DNA from: a virus
Taxonomy: Duplodnaviria > Heunggongvirae > Uroviricota > Caudoviricetes
IMG/VR virus record: IMGVR_UViG_3300010942_000265
DNA: 64,000 nt
Reading direction: 5' to 3' (one strand)
Shown here one piece after another: positions 56,561-64,000 of this stretch; within the stretch, counting starts at the first letter, position 1; each line of letters opens with the position of its first letter. The notes beneath the pieces are model-generated. The model was given only the letters and a program-made list of their open reading frames with translations. It did no database searches and was not told where the DNA came from. A program made the position numbers and the translations under genes.

Positions 56561-56890
56561 ATGGAAATAAATAACTTATCAATACACATTGATCTCCCAA
56601 ATTATGAAACTTCAGTATGTGACGTAGTTACAACTAATGGAGGTACAAAAAGAATCACATTAGTAGCAGAAGATTTATCTGAAGCAGAACTTATAACTTA
56701 TGGTGCATATGTATCTGTATTTGGAGAAAAAGCAAGTGTTAGAATAACTAATACTGATGAACAGTTTTCTGTAGATAGAAGAACATCTTTTGAAGTGATT
56801 GATGAAGTAGTAGAATTTGAATACTCTGCATTATCATCAGAACAACAAACTGTTCTACATAATTTTTATAATCTAATCCTTCAAAAATAA
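56561..56890 (+). CDS. Hypothetical structural-module protein (109 aa)
   Basis: ORF track. Confidence 0.4.
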   Translation: MEINNLSIHIDLPNYETSVCDVVTTNGGTKRITLVAEDLSEAELITYGAYVSVFGEKASVRITNTDEQFSVDRRTSFEVIDEVVEFEYSALSSEQQTVLHNFYNLILQK

Positions 56891-56894
56891 GAAT

Positions 56895-57275
56895 ATGTCA
56901 GTAGGAAATTTAAAAGATTACGGGAATAAAGGAAATAACTTCCCGTGGCAACTTAAGATGTTGCAAGGTCTACAACAAATGATTGATACTAATTGCTGTA
57001 AAGAAATAGTACAGTTCTTAAATCAAATTGCAAAAAATGTAGAACCCCAACAAAGAAATGTAAAGATAACATCTACAAGTGCAGATGGTTCAACAGCAGA
57101 TGGTGCATACAGTATATCTATTGCAAATGTTGGTGATGCTCCAGGACTTGTGGGAGGACAACCTTTACCAGCAGGAGTAACGCTTAATTTTGATGCAGGT
57201 GCATTAAATAATACACTTACTGGTGTAATTTATGACGCTACAGGTACTACATTTTTAATTACTGAAATGTCATAA
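56895..57275 (+). CDS. Hypothetical structural-module protein (126 aa)
   Basis: ORF track. Confidence 0.4.
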   Translation: MSVGNLKDYGNKGNNFPWQLKMLQGLQQMIDTNCCKEIVQFLNQIAKNVEPQQRNVKITSTSADGSTADGAYSISIANVGDAPGLVGGQPLPAGVTLNFDAGALNNTLTGVIYDATGTTFLITEMS

Positions 57276-57280
57276 TTACT

Positions 57281-57841
57281 ATGAGTACAACAATTTACAT
57301 AGATAACTATAAACAAAATCCTTATGGATATTTGAGTAGATTGTATACTCAAACAAATACTAGTACTCCTGTAACTAATACAGTTGTAGAGAGTTCATTA
57401 TTAGATGGTGGATTAGGTACATTAACTGTCCCTGCTAACATGTTTAAAGTTGGAGATAGTTTTCATGCTGTAGCCACAGGACATATTGCCGCTGTAAACA
57501 ATCATACACTTAGAATAAGAATTAAGTCTGGTAGTATTGTACTTGCGGATACAGGTGCTATAATTATGTCAGGTGTTACAGCCGGACATTGGAAACTAGA
57601 AGTTGAGTTTATAATTAGAACTTTAGGTGTTTCAGGAGTGGCCAGAATTGCTACAGGAGGTACATTCTTCTATACTAAGAATGCATCCAATGCTTTTGAA
57701 GGTACTAACTTCTCTACAGAAACAACAAGTGGATTTGATACTACAATAGATAATACACTTGTTATTACTGCAGAATGGGGTACAGCTAATGCAGGAGATT
57801 CTATTTATTCAGAAATTTTTACATTAAACAAGACATACTAA
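57281..57841 (+). CDS. Hypothetical structural-module protein (186 aa; T/N/G-rich)
   Basis: ORF track. Confidence 0.4.
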   Translation: MSTTIYIDNYKQNPYGYLSRLYTQTNTSTPVTNTVVESSLLDGGLGTLTVPANMFKVGDSFHAVATGHIAAVNNHTLRIRIKSGSIVLADTGAIIMSGVTAGHWKLEVEFIIRTLGVSGVARIATGGTFFYTKNASNAFEGTNFSTETTSGFDTTIDNTLVITAEWGTANAGDSIYSEIFTLNKTY

Positions 57842-58215
57842 TGGGAACAGGAATCAATATAGGAAGTTTACCTAAATATAAAGTCTTAACAATTACAGAA
57901 TTAAGTTATTCAGATGATACTATTTTTGATCATGCTGTGTTAGAAAATACATTGGGTCAATATGCTTTAAATTTAATAGCACCGAATACACTTAGAATAA
58001 GTTTAAAAAACTATGAAACTGGTATTGATGGAAAACTTTTATATATAGAAGCAGAAGAAAATAAAACTCCTAAAGAGACTACTGATTTTGGTCCATCTTT
58101 AATTGATTCAGATCTTTCAAAAGGAGAAATTATCTTTTTTAGTGTAGGTAATGATACAAAAAATGCAGTAAGTAGGGCTAATTTAGAAATCCGTATATAT
58201 AACAAATCAAAATAA
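57841..58215 (+). CDS. Hypothetical protein (124 aa)
   Basis: ORF track. Confidence 0.4.
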   Translation: MGTGINIGSLPKYKVLTITELSYSDDTIFDHAVLENTLGQYALNLIAPNTLRISLKNYETGIDGKLLYIEAEENKTPKETTDFGPSLIDSDLSKGEIIFFSVGNDTKNAVSRANLEIRIYNKSK

Positions 58216-58222
58216 ATTTTAA

Positions 58223-58525
58223 ATGGAAACTTGGGTATTAACAATCATTTTATTCATAGCAGGAACAATCCTAACTATTTTTGGATTCTTTTTAAGGACA
58301 GCATATATGGATGCAAGAAAAGATATTGAGCTTTTGATTAATGAGAACCACAAAAGAACTGAGGAACTTGGCAGATTAAAAGGAAAGATTGAACTTGTTC
58401 AACAAGAGAATCAGTTAAAGTACCAAGCTATCCAAGAACTTACACAACTTGAAATTAAAAATCTAGCTAAGAATGTAAGTGAATTATCAGATGCAGTAAA
58501 ACTATACATTTTAAATACTAAGTGA
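58223..58525 (+). CDS. Membrane-anchored coiled-coil protein (holin/spanin-like candidate of the lysis cassette)
   Basis: N-terminal TM + coiled coil; upstream of the endolysin. Confidence 0.35.
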   Translation: METWVLTIILFIAGTILTIFGFFLRTAYMDARKDIELLINENHKRTEELGRLKGKIELVQQENQLKYQAIQELTQLEIKNLAKNVSELSDAVKLYILNTK

Positions 58526-58764
58526 TGAGTCAATTAAAGAAAAGATGGAATGGTAAGACTCCTAAGTTTTGGAAAAAAGTACAGAGAGTTGCCATTGTAG
58601 CCGGAGCAGTAGCAGCAACATTACTTGCAGCCCCAGTTACCCTACCGGCCGCAGTAGTTGCAGCAGCAGGATATGTAATCACAGCAGGAACAGTAGCAGC
58701 TACATTATCGCAGTTTACAGTAGAAGATCAAACTGCAGTAGAATCAGAAACCAATAAAGAATAA
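58522..58764 (+). CDS. Small membrane protein with A/V-rich TM helices (holin-like candidate)
   Basis: VAIVAGAVAATLLAAPVTLPAAVVAAAGYVITAGTVAATL. Confidence 0.35.
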   Translation: MMSQLKKRWNGKTPKFWKKVQRVAIVAGAVAATLLAAPVTLPAAVVAAAGYVITAGTVAATLSQFTVEDQTAVESETNKE

Positions 58765-58768
58765 TATA

Positions 58769-59053
58769 ATGGCTAAGAAAAAAATCAAAGACATTAATGT
58801 TTCGGTAGAAACAGATAAAGTCAAAATGCATGTAGTAAAGAAAGACAATAATGTAAAGGCAGATATTGATACGCCTAAAGTTGATGTAAGCTTTACTAAA
58901 GAAGAAGATCAAAAAGAGTTTAAGTTTGATGGTGAGAAAGTAGATGTAACAGTTAAGAAAGATGCTGATCACACTGAAGTAGTTGTAAACTCTGAGAGTA
59001 ACTTTCTTAAAAAGGTAGCTACTTTTATTACTAAACTTTTTATAAAGAAATAA
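58769..59053 (+). CDS. Hypothetical K/D/E-rich protein (94 aa)
   Basis: ORF track. Confidence 0.35.
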   Translation: MAKKKIKDINVSVETDKVKMHVVKKDNNVKADIDTPKVDVSFTKEEDQKEFKFDGEKVDVTVKKDADHTEVVVNSESNFLKKVATFITKLFIKK

Positions 59054-59571
59054 TGAGTTACGCGTATTTAACAGAAGAGAAATCTCCTAAGATTCTTGTT
59101 GAAGCTGTTAAGATGCTTGGAACTAAAGAGATTGTGGGTAAACAACATAATCCTGTAATTCTTGGTTGGGCTAAAGAACTCGGTCTGGAGAAAGTTTACA
59201 CTAATGATGAAATTCCATGGTGTGGACTAGCTGCTGCTTATGCTGCTCATAAGGCAGGTGTGCAAGTAGTAGATAAACCATTATGGGCTTTGTCATGGGC
59301 TAATTATGGTACTAAGGTAACTGAACCTATGTTAGGTGATATACTTACCTTTAAAAGAGACGGTGGTGGTCATGTTGGATTTTATGTAGGTGAAGACAAA
59401 GACTGTTATCATGTACTTGGAGGAAACCAAGGAAATGCTATGAGTGTGACTAGAATTTTAAAATCTAGATTGTACCAAGCAAGAAGAACTGCGTGGAAAA
59501 TTGCACAGCCTGCAAATGTCCGTAAGATCTTCTTAGATGCAAAAGGTACTATCAGTAAAAATGAGGCCTAA
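59053..59571 (+). CDS. Endolysin: TIGR02594-family CHAP-like peptidoglycan hydrolase
   Basis: LGTKEIVGKQHNPVILGW...IPWCGLAAAY...GDILTFKRDGGGHVGFYVGED...YHVLGGNQGNAMSV conserved family blocks. Confidence 0.7.
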   Translation: MSYAYLTEEKSPKILVEAVKMLGTKEIVGKQHNPVILGWAKELGLEKVYTNDEIPWCGLAAAYAAHKAGVQVVDKPLWALSWANYGTKVTEPMLGDILTFKRDGGGHVGFYVGEDKDCYHVLGGNQGNAMSVTRILKSRLYQARRTAWKIAQPANVRKIFLDAKGTISKNEA

Positions 59572-59754
59572 TGAAATACAGACACAATTGGAAAGAACTA
59601 CGTAAGCAATGGGATAAATTATCTATAAGAGTAAGAATCTCATCTGTAGATATATTTAGTCTTGAACTTGATTACCGTAGAGAATTTTATTTGCTGACAG
59701 TCTTAAATTTTACAATCAAAAACAGATAAGACTTTATAGATCCCTATTTATTTA

Positions 59755-59790
59755 AGCCCAGGTATGTTAAGTATCTGGGTTTTTATGTTT
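59755..59790 (+). terminator. Intrinsic terminator after lysis cassette
   Basis: CCCAG-gtatgttaagtat-CTGGG followed by TTTTTATGTTTT. Confidence 0.5.
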
Positions 59791-59848
59791 TAAATATTTT
59801 TGGTTTAAACAATTATTGTATATTTGTGTAAACTTAAAATGTATAACA

Positions 59849-60112
59849 ATGGAAAACCAACATCCAGAAGAAGAGTTGTCACATGAAGAATTGATGGCAA
59901 GAAAAGAGGAAATGAAAAAGTTCTATGAAGAATCAGTTCCTTATTTAGAATCTCAAGCTAAGTATGAAAAGTTATTAACTGAGATTGAAGAAGCAAGATT
60001 CAAAAGAGCTAATTATCAGTATCAATTTGCAATGATGATGGCGCAGCGTCCAGAAGAGGAAGAAGAAGAGACTACTAAAGCGGCACCAGACAGAAAGCTT
60101 AAAAAGAACTAA
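59849..60112 (+). CDS. Hypothetical coiled-coil/acidic protein (start at MENQHP)
   Basis: ORF track 59816..60112 (TTG), internal ATG chosen. Confidence 0.35.
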   Translation: MENQHPEEELSHEELMARKEEMKKFYEESVPYLESQAKYEKLLTEIEEARFKRANYQYQFAMMMAQRPEEEEEETTKAAPDRKLKKN

Positions 60113-60114
60113 TC

Positions 60115-60495
60115 ATGGCACTTGTTAATCAAGTACAGAAAAAAGTAAAAATGCCCAAATGGGATGTAGTAAAATTTCAGATATTGACTCACTGTTATAT
60201 TAACCGTATAGCAGTGAGTGAGTCTGATTTAAATTGTTTGACTTTACTCAGCTTTAATGAGCCTATTGAGCTCACTAGTTTTTGTTATGATGCTTCAGCG
60301 GAAGAAGAATGGATTTTTAAATCTCCGCAGACAGTGCGTAACTGTATTAATAAAGCTGAAAAGAATGGATTAGTTGTGAAAGATCCTAACAACAAAAAGA
60401 TTATAATGATTAACCCTAATCTTAAAATTCAAACAGAAGGGACTGTATTTTTAGATTATAAATTCTTAGGATATGATACCCAAGAAAGCTTCTAA
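60115..60495 (+). CDS. Hypothetical protein (126 aa)
   Basis: ORF track. Confidence 0.4.
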   Translation: MALVNQVQKKVKMPKWDVVKFQILTHCYINRIAVSESDLNCLTLLSFNEPIELTSFCYDASAEEEWIFKSPQTVRNCINKAEKNGLVVKDPNNKKIIMINPNLKIQTEGTVFLDYKFLGYDTQESF

Positions 60496-60883
60496 ATTAT
60501 ATAGACAAGTTGCTGAAGACCTTAATGTTGAGGAAGCTCTAGTAGAAGATTTAGTAGAGTTTCTATATAAGAATGTTAGGGGATGCTTATCCAATCTTTC
60601 TTATCCAAGGATAAATGTAGAAGGACTGGGGCATTTTACTGTAAAATCTGGTTGGGTAAGAAGATCAATTGAAAGATCAACCAATTTATTGGAAAATCAT
60701 GACACTTCTACTTTTGGTGCCTATTCAAAAAAAGTAAGAGTTGAAGAAAAACTTGATCTTCTTATTGAACTAGAGAAAAAGATTACTCTAGAAGAACAGA
60801 GAAAGAAACAATTTAAAACCTTAAAAAATGAATCTACTAAAACAAATTTGGACAGAGAGACACAAGATAATGGAGGGAATTAA
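60473..60883 (+). CDS. HU/IHF-like DNA-binding protein (putative)
   Basis: VEFLYKNVRGCLSNLSYPRINVEGLGHFTVK resembles the HU arm region (...GFGTFKV). Confidence 0.35.
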   Translation: MIPKKASKLYRQVAEDLNVEEALVEDLVEFLYKNVRGCLSNLSYPRINVEGLGHFTVKSGWVRRSIERSTNLLENHDTSTFGAYSKKVRVEEKLDLLIELEKKITLEEQRKKQFKTLKNESTKTNLDRETQDNGGN

Positions 60884-61124
60884 AAACTCAGTTATCCGTG
60901 ATGAGTTTGTTGAAGAAATTGCCGCTCTAAGATTCAATCATTGTAAAGAATGTCCAAGCAATGGAGATGAATGTGCAATGCCTGGAACAGCACCTTGTTG
61001 TAATGAATGTGGTTGCTCTCTTAAATTTAAAACAAGATCTTTATCTTCAGAATGCCCGTTAGGTAAATGGGATGCATTAGTTACAGAGGAAGAGGAAGAT
61101 CAATTAGATAACCTTAAAGACTAG
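60870..61124 (+). CDS. Cys-rich hypothetical protein (start at MEGIKN)
   Basis: ORF track 60828..61124, trimmed; CKEC...CCNECGC...C. Confidence 0.35.
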   Translation: MEGIKNSVIRDEFVEEIAALRFNHCKECPSNGDECAMPGTAPCCNECGCSLKFKTRSLSSECPLGKWDALVTEEEEDQLDNLKD

Positions 61125-61128
61125 TATT

Positions 61129-61521
61129 ATGTATGTAGATATAAACAGTATACCAGAAGACTACAATGCAGAAGAAGTATTGAATAACTGGAAAAAACAT
61201 CAAGCCATGGGTATAGTAGTAAATGATCCAACTAAAACAATCAATACAATACCTAGTACTTCTAATGATGGTTTATTTAAGGCAATGCGTTCTCCTGGTA
61301 GTTCTTATAGCCCACCATGGAAGGATCCTGTAACAGAAAGGATGGAAGAAATGGAAAAACAACTTGATCTTGTAAAAATAGAACTTAAGTTTTCCCGGTT
61401 GAAAATACTTGCCCTAGAAGGTAAGTTCTCACAGGAAGAAGTAACTAATATACGCAAGATGCTTATGTCTGAAGATGAAGCATCAAAAACATTGGCTGAT
61501 ACAATCATTGAGAATGCTTAA
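61129..61521 (+). CDS. Hypothetical protein (130 aa)
   Basis: ORF track. Confidence 0.4.
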   Translation: MYVDINSIPEDYNAEEVLNNWKKHQAMGIVVNDPTKTINTIPSTSNDGLFKAMRSPGSSYSPPWKDPVTERMEEMEKQLDLVKIELKFSRLKILALEGKFSQEEVTNIRKMLMSEDEASKTLADTIIENA

Positions 61522-61522
61522 T

Positions 61523-61780
61523 ATGTCAGATTTAGAATCCTTGATGACAGATGGGATGGCGTCACAAGGGAGACATATACATATCTACACAGGAACTAAC
61601 GGCTCTGATATGATCTCACATATGTTTGCTGTAGAAAATTCTGTAGGATATGTAAAATGGATGGAGGAGAAAAAGAAGATTAATGAAGATACAGCAAAGA
61701 ACTTGATATCTATGCTAAGATCTGAAGATATTGATAATTTTAATTTAGCTATTTTAGCTATTGAACAACTGAAGAAATGA
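61523..61780 (+). CDS. Hypothetical protein (start at MSDLESL)
   Basis: ORF track 61475..61780, trimmed. Confidence 0.35.
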   Translation: MSDLESLMTDGMASQGRHIHIYTGTNGSDMISHMFAVENSVGYVKWMEEKKKINEDTAKNLISMLRSEDIDNFNLAILAIEQLKK

Positions 61781-62610
61781 GTATAATATTCAACGCGGAT
61801 AATCATAGTTACACTAGTGTAGCTGATGATTCTATTGATTGGGTAAGTGTTACTACACTTGTCTCACATTTCAAGAAACCTTTTGATGCAAAAAAGATTT
61901 CAGAAAAGGTGTCAAAGAATAAAAGATCTAAGTGGTATGGTATTGAACCAAAAACCATTCAGGCTATATGGGATGCTGAGGCTGATAGGGCAGTTACATT
62001 AGGTACTTTTTATCATAACCAAAGAGAGGCTGACATTTGTTCACTAGCCTCAATGGAAAGAGAAGGGACAACTATACCAGTCTTTATTCCGTCAACCTTA
62101 CTAGACGGTAAGAAAATATCATTAACTCAGAAGTTAGAACCAGGAGTATATCCTGAGCATATGGTATATCTGAAGTCTGTAGGTATATGCGGACAATCAG
62201 ATTTAGTAGAAGTAGTAAATGGTAAAGTAAATATCATTGATTACAAGACCAACAAAGAAATTAAGAAAGAGTCATATGTAGATTGGGAAGGAAAGTCAGA
62301 AAAATTACAAGAACCGGTATCTGGTCTTGATGATTGTAACTTTAACCATTATGCATTACAACTTAGTATTTACATGTACATTATTCTTAAACATAATCCT
62401 AAGCTTAAGCCTGGGCGTATGTTTATTCATCATGTAATATTTGAACAAGAAGGTGAAGACAAATGGGGATACCCAATTGTTAAAAGAGATGGTAATGGTG
62501 ATCCTATTGTTAAAGAAGTTATACCAATAGCCGTTCCTTATTTAGTTGATGAAGTATTAGCAATAATACACTATCTTCATGATAACAAAGACAAAATCAA
62601 AAAGAAATAA
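61777..62610 (+). CDS. PD-(D/E)XK nuclease, RecB/Cas4-like family
   Basis: GQSDLVEV...IIDYKTNK (D..E.K) followed by a QLSIY (QxxxY) motif. Confidence 0.55.
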   Translation: MSIIFNADNHSYTSVADDSIDWVSVTTLVSHFKKPFDAKKISEKVSKNKRSKWYGIEPKTIQAIWDAEADRAVTLGTFYHNQREADICSLASMEREGTTIPVFIPSTLLDGKKISLTQKLEPGVYPEHMVYLKSVGICGQSDLVEVVNGKVNIIDYKTNKEIKKESYVDWEGKSEKLQEPVSGLDDCNFNHYALQLSIYMYIILKHNPKLKPGRMFIHHVIFEQEGEDKWGYPIVKRDGNGDPIVKEVIPIAVPYLVDEVLAIIHYLHDNKDKIKKK

Positions 62611-62611
62611 T

Positions 62612-62866
62612 ATGCTTGAATGTAAACTAATACTAGAAAACTCAAAGATTAAGGAAATGACTGGGCAAGAAGTTATTACTTTTGTCCCATTCTCAATTGA
62701 TCTGGATACAATTATAGGTTATAGACAATCTATTGATGACGATGGGGAACTAGAAGATTATTGTGTGATCTATACTAAGTTTGATCAAGCATGGTGCATT
62801 GATTTATCTTATGAAGAGTTCAAGTACACATATAAAAAATACAAAGATGATAGCAAAACTGTTTGA
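62612..62866 (+). CDS. Hypothetical protein (84 aa)
   Basis: ORF track 62579..62866, trimmed. Confidence 0.35.
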   Translation: MLECKLILENSKIKEMTGQEVITFVPFSIDLDTIIGYRQSIDDDGELEDYCVIYTKFDQAWCIDLSYEEFKYTYKKYKDDSKTV

Positions 62867-63362
62867 TGTACAAAATGGTATAGTAGTTCCTACTGAACAT
62901 TGCTATACATTGAAAGCTTTAAAAGATGTAATGGATGAATATCCGGATGAGTATCTTAAGATCTACATGTATTTGTTTTATATGTGTTGTCCAAATCCAG
63001 ATTTAAACCCATTCTTTTTTGCTCCTGATGTGGATAAAGAAGCACTTATATTAGATCAGATTGATGCAGAGTTTTCTACAGAAGATGATACTATATTTGC
63101 AGCATTAAGATTCTGTGAAAAAATGTATGAGACGCCTACATCCAGAGCATATAAAGGTATTGCATCTATGTTAGATAGATTAGGCAGATATATGGAAACT
63201 AGTGCAATTACAACAGGAAGAGATGGTAATTTTAATTCCCTAATAGCCGCGGCTAAAAATTATGATGCTATCAGACAGTCTTTTAAAGGTGCTTACAAAG
63301 ATCTTCAAGAAGAACAGTCTAGCAAAGTACGCGGTGGACAAGGACTAGCATATGACATGTAA
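62847..63362 (+). CDS. Hypothetical protein (171 aa)
   Basis: ORF track 62781..63362, trimmed to MIAKLF. Confidence 0.4.
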   Translation: MIAKLFDVQNGIVVPTEHCYTLKALKDVMDEYPDEYLKIYMYLFYMCCPNPDLNPFFFAPDVDKEALILDQIDAEFSTEDDTIFAALRFCEKMYETPTSRAYKGIASMLDRLGRYMETSAITTGRDGNFNSLIAAAKNYDAIRQSFKGAYKDLQEEQSSKVRGGQGLAYDM

Positions 63363-64000
63363 TGAGTGAAATTTATCAAGACATACCAACTTATGACAAT
63401 GGAAACTGGAGAACAACAAGTTTTAATTCCAGAGAAGACTTCGCTAAGTTTATCAAAAGCATATTTAAACAACCTGGTGAGTATAACTTCAATGCAACCA
63501 CCAATGAAGTATTTATATCTGAGTCAACCAACTTCAAAAAAAATGGAGTATACTGTACAGCTCCCTTCAAATCAAGAGACTTCATAACTTATTGGGATGA
63601 CCAAAAGGAAAAGTGTAGAAAAGGAGTAATTGTAATTGATAAAGGTGATACTTGGTTTATTGCAAGAGAGTATTACATGTGGTTAAATTTCCTACCTATC
63701 TTTGATAAGGAAGAACAAAACTTTGGTTTTGCTAAGATACGTGATGCTCAGTATCATATGGCTCTTTATGAATTACTAGCAGAACTTAATTATAAACATG
63801 CAGCTATTCTAAAGAAACGTCAGATTGCATCTTCATATTACCATATGGGTAAACTAATAAATCAGCAATGGTTTGAAGCCGGGGTTACTTTAAAAATGGG
63901 AGCCAGTCTTAAAGATTATATCAATGAGAAAGGATCTTGGAAGTTCCTAGAAGAATATGCAGCATTCTTAAATCAACACACAGCCTGGTACCGTCCAATG
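63362..64000 (+). CDS. Hypothetical protein, 3'-truncated at window end (213 codons open; missing from ORF track because no stop)
   Basis: ATG at 63362 overlapping the upstream TAA (TAATG). Frame 2 is open to nt 64000: MSEIYQDIPTYDNGNWRTTSFNSREDFAKF...AWYRPM. Confidence 0.5.
   Translation, partial: MSEIYQDIPTYDNGNWRTTSFNSREDFAKFIKSIFKQPGEYNFNATTNEVFISESTNFKKNGVYCTAPFKSRDFITYWDDQKEKCRKGVIVIDKGDTWFIAREYYMWLNFLPIFDKEEQNFGFAKIRDAQYHMALYELLAELNYKHAAILKKRQIASSYYHMGKLINQQWFEAGVTLKMGASLKDYINEKGSWKFLEEYAAFLNQHTAWYRPM

Noticed and set aside
55630-61806. ORFs 55630..55854, 58011..58244, 58569..58757, 58715..58972, 61305..61508 and 61585..61806
   Set aside because: Antisense or alternate-frame overlaps of the plus-strand genes in a uniformly plus-oriented block.
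1-64000. CRISPR arrays, integrase, recombinase or transposase, and rRNA
   Set aside because: No regularly spaced direct repeats, no tyrosine or serine recombinase motifs, and no rRNA-like sequence were seen. The element looks like a virulent phage rather than a prophage.

Overview
Approximately 64 kb of a low-GC (about 33%), gene-dense, apparently virulent dsDNA phage genome. No integrase was found. Coding is in three blocks: plus strand 1..2256 (5'-truncated large ORF plus two small ORFs), a long minus-strand block 2281..51580, and plus strand 51824..64000. The minus block carries a full replication and nucleotide-metabolism module plus homing endonucleases and auxiliary genes. Replication functions include family-B DNA polymerase, DnaB-like helicase, Toprim primase, Sak4-like ATPase, SF2 helicase, uracil-DNA glycosylase, two RecB/Cas4-like nucleases, a ParB-like domain protein and MazG-like pyrophosphohydrolase. 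Homing endonucleases comprise two GIY-YIG genes, one HNH_3 gene and one classical HNH gene. Auxiliary genes include two separate AAA+(MoxR-like)/VWA pairs, a ClpS adaptor homolog, an SPFH/band-7 protein, an SPL-like radical SAM enzyme, several lipoproteins and two tRNAs. The plus block holds many small early-like ORFs including a DUF2829 (Tad2-like) protein and a GroES-like protein. It also holds a beta-helix tail-fibre-like protein with small structural ORFs, a lysis cassette with a TIGR02594/CHAP-type endolysin, another RecB-like nuclease, and a 3'-truncated ORF running off the window. SD-less starts, Bacteroidetes-type lipoboxes and AGA-decoding tRNA-Arg suggest a Bacteroidetes (Flavobacteriia-like) host; this is inference. 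The most unusual non-genic signals are four listed below. One is a repeated element in 48.5-51.7 kb made of a conserved box plus a sequence-covarying 6-bp hairpin. Another is a tRNA with a 30-nt insertion in the anticodon loop. The third is a 550-nt ORF-free structured region. The last is a G-tract-rich, GC-rich island at the divergent junction 51.6-51.8 kb. Functional calls are from motif recognition by eye only; no searches were run.
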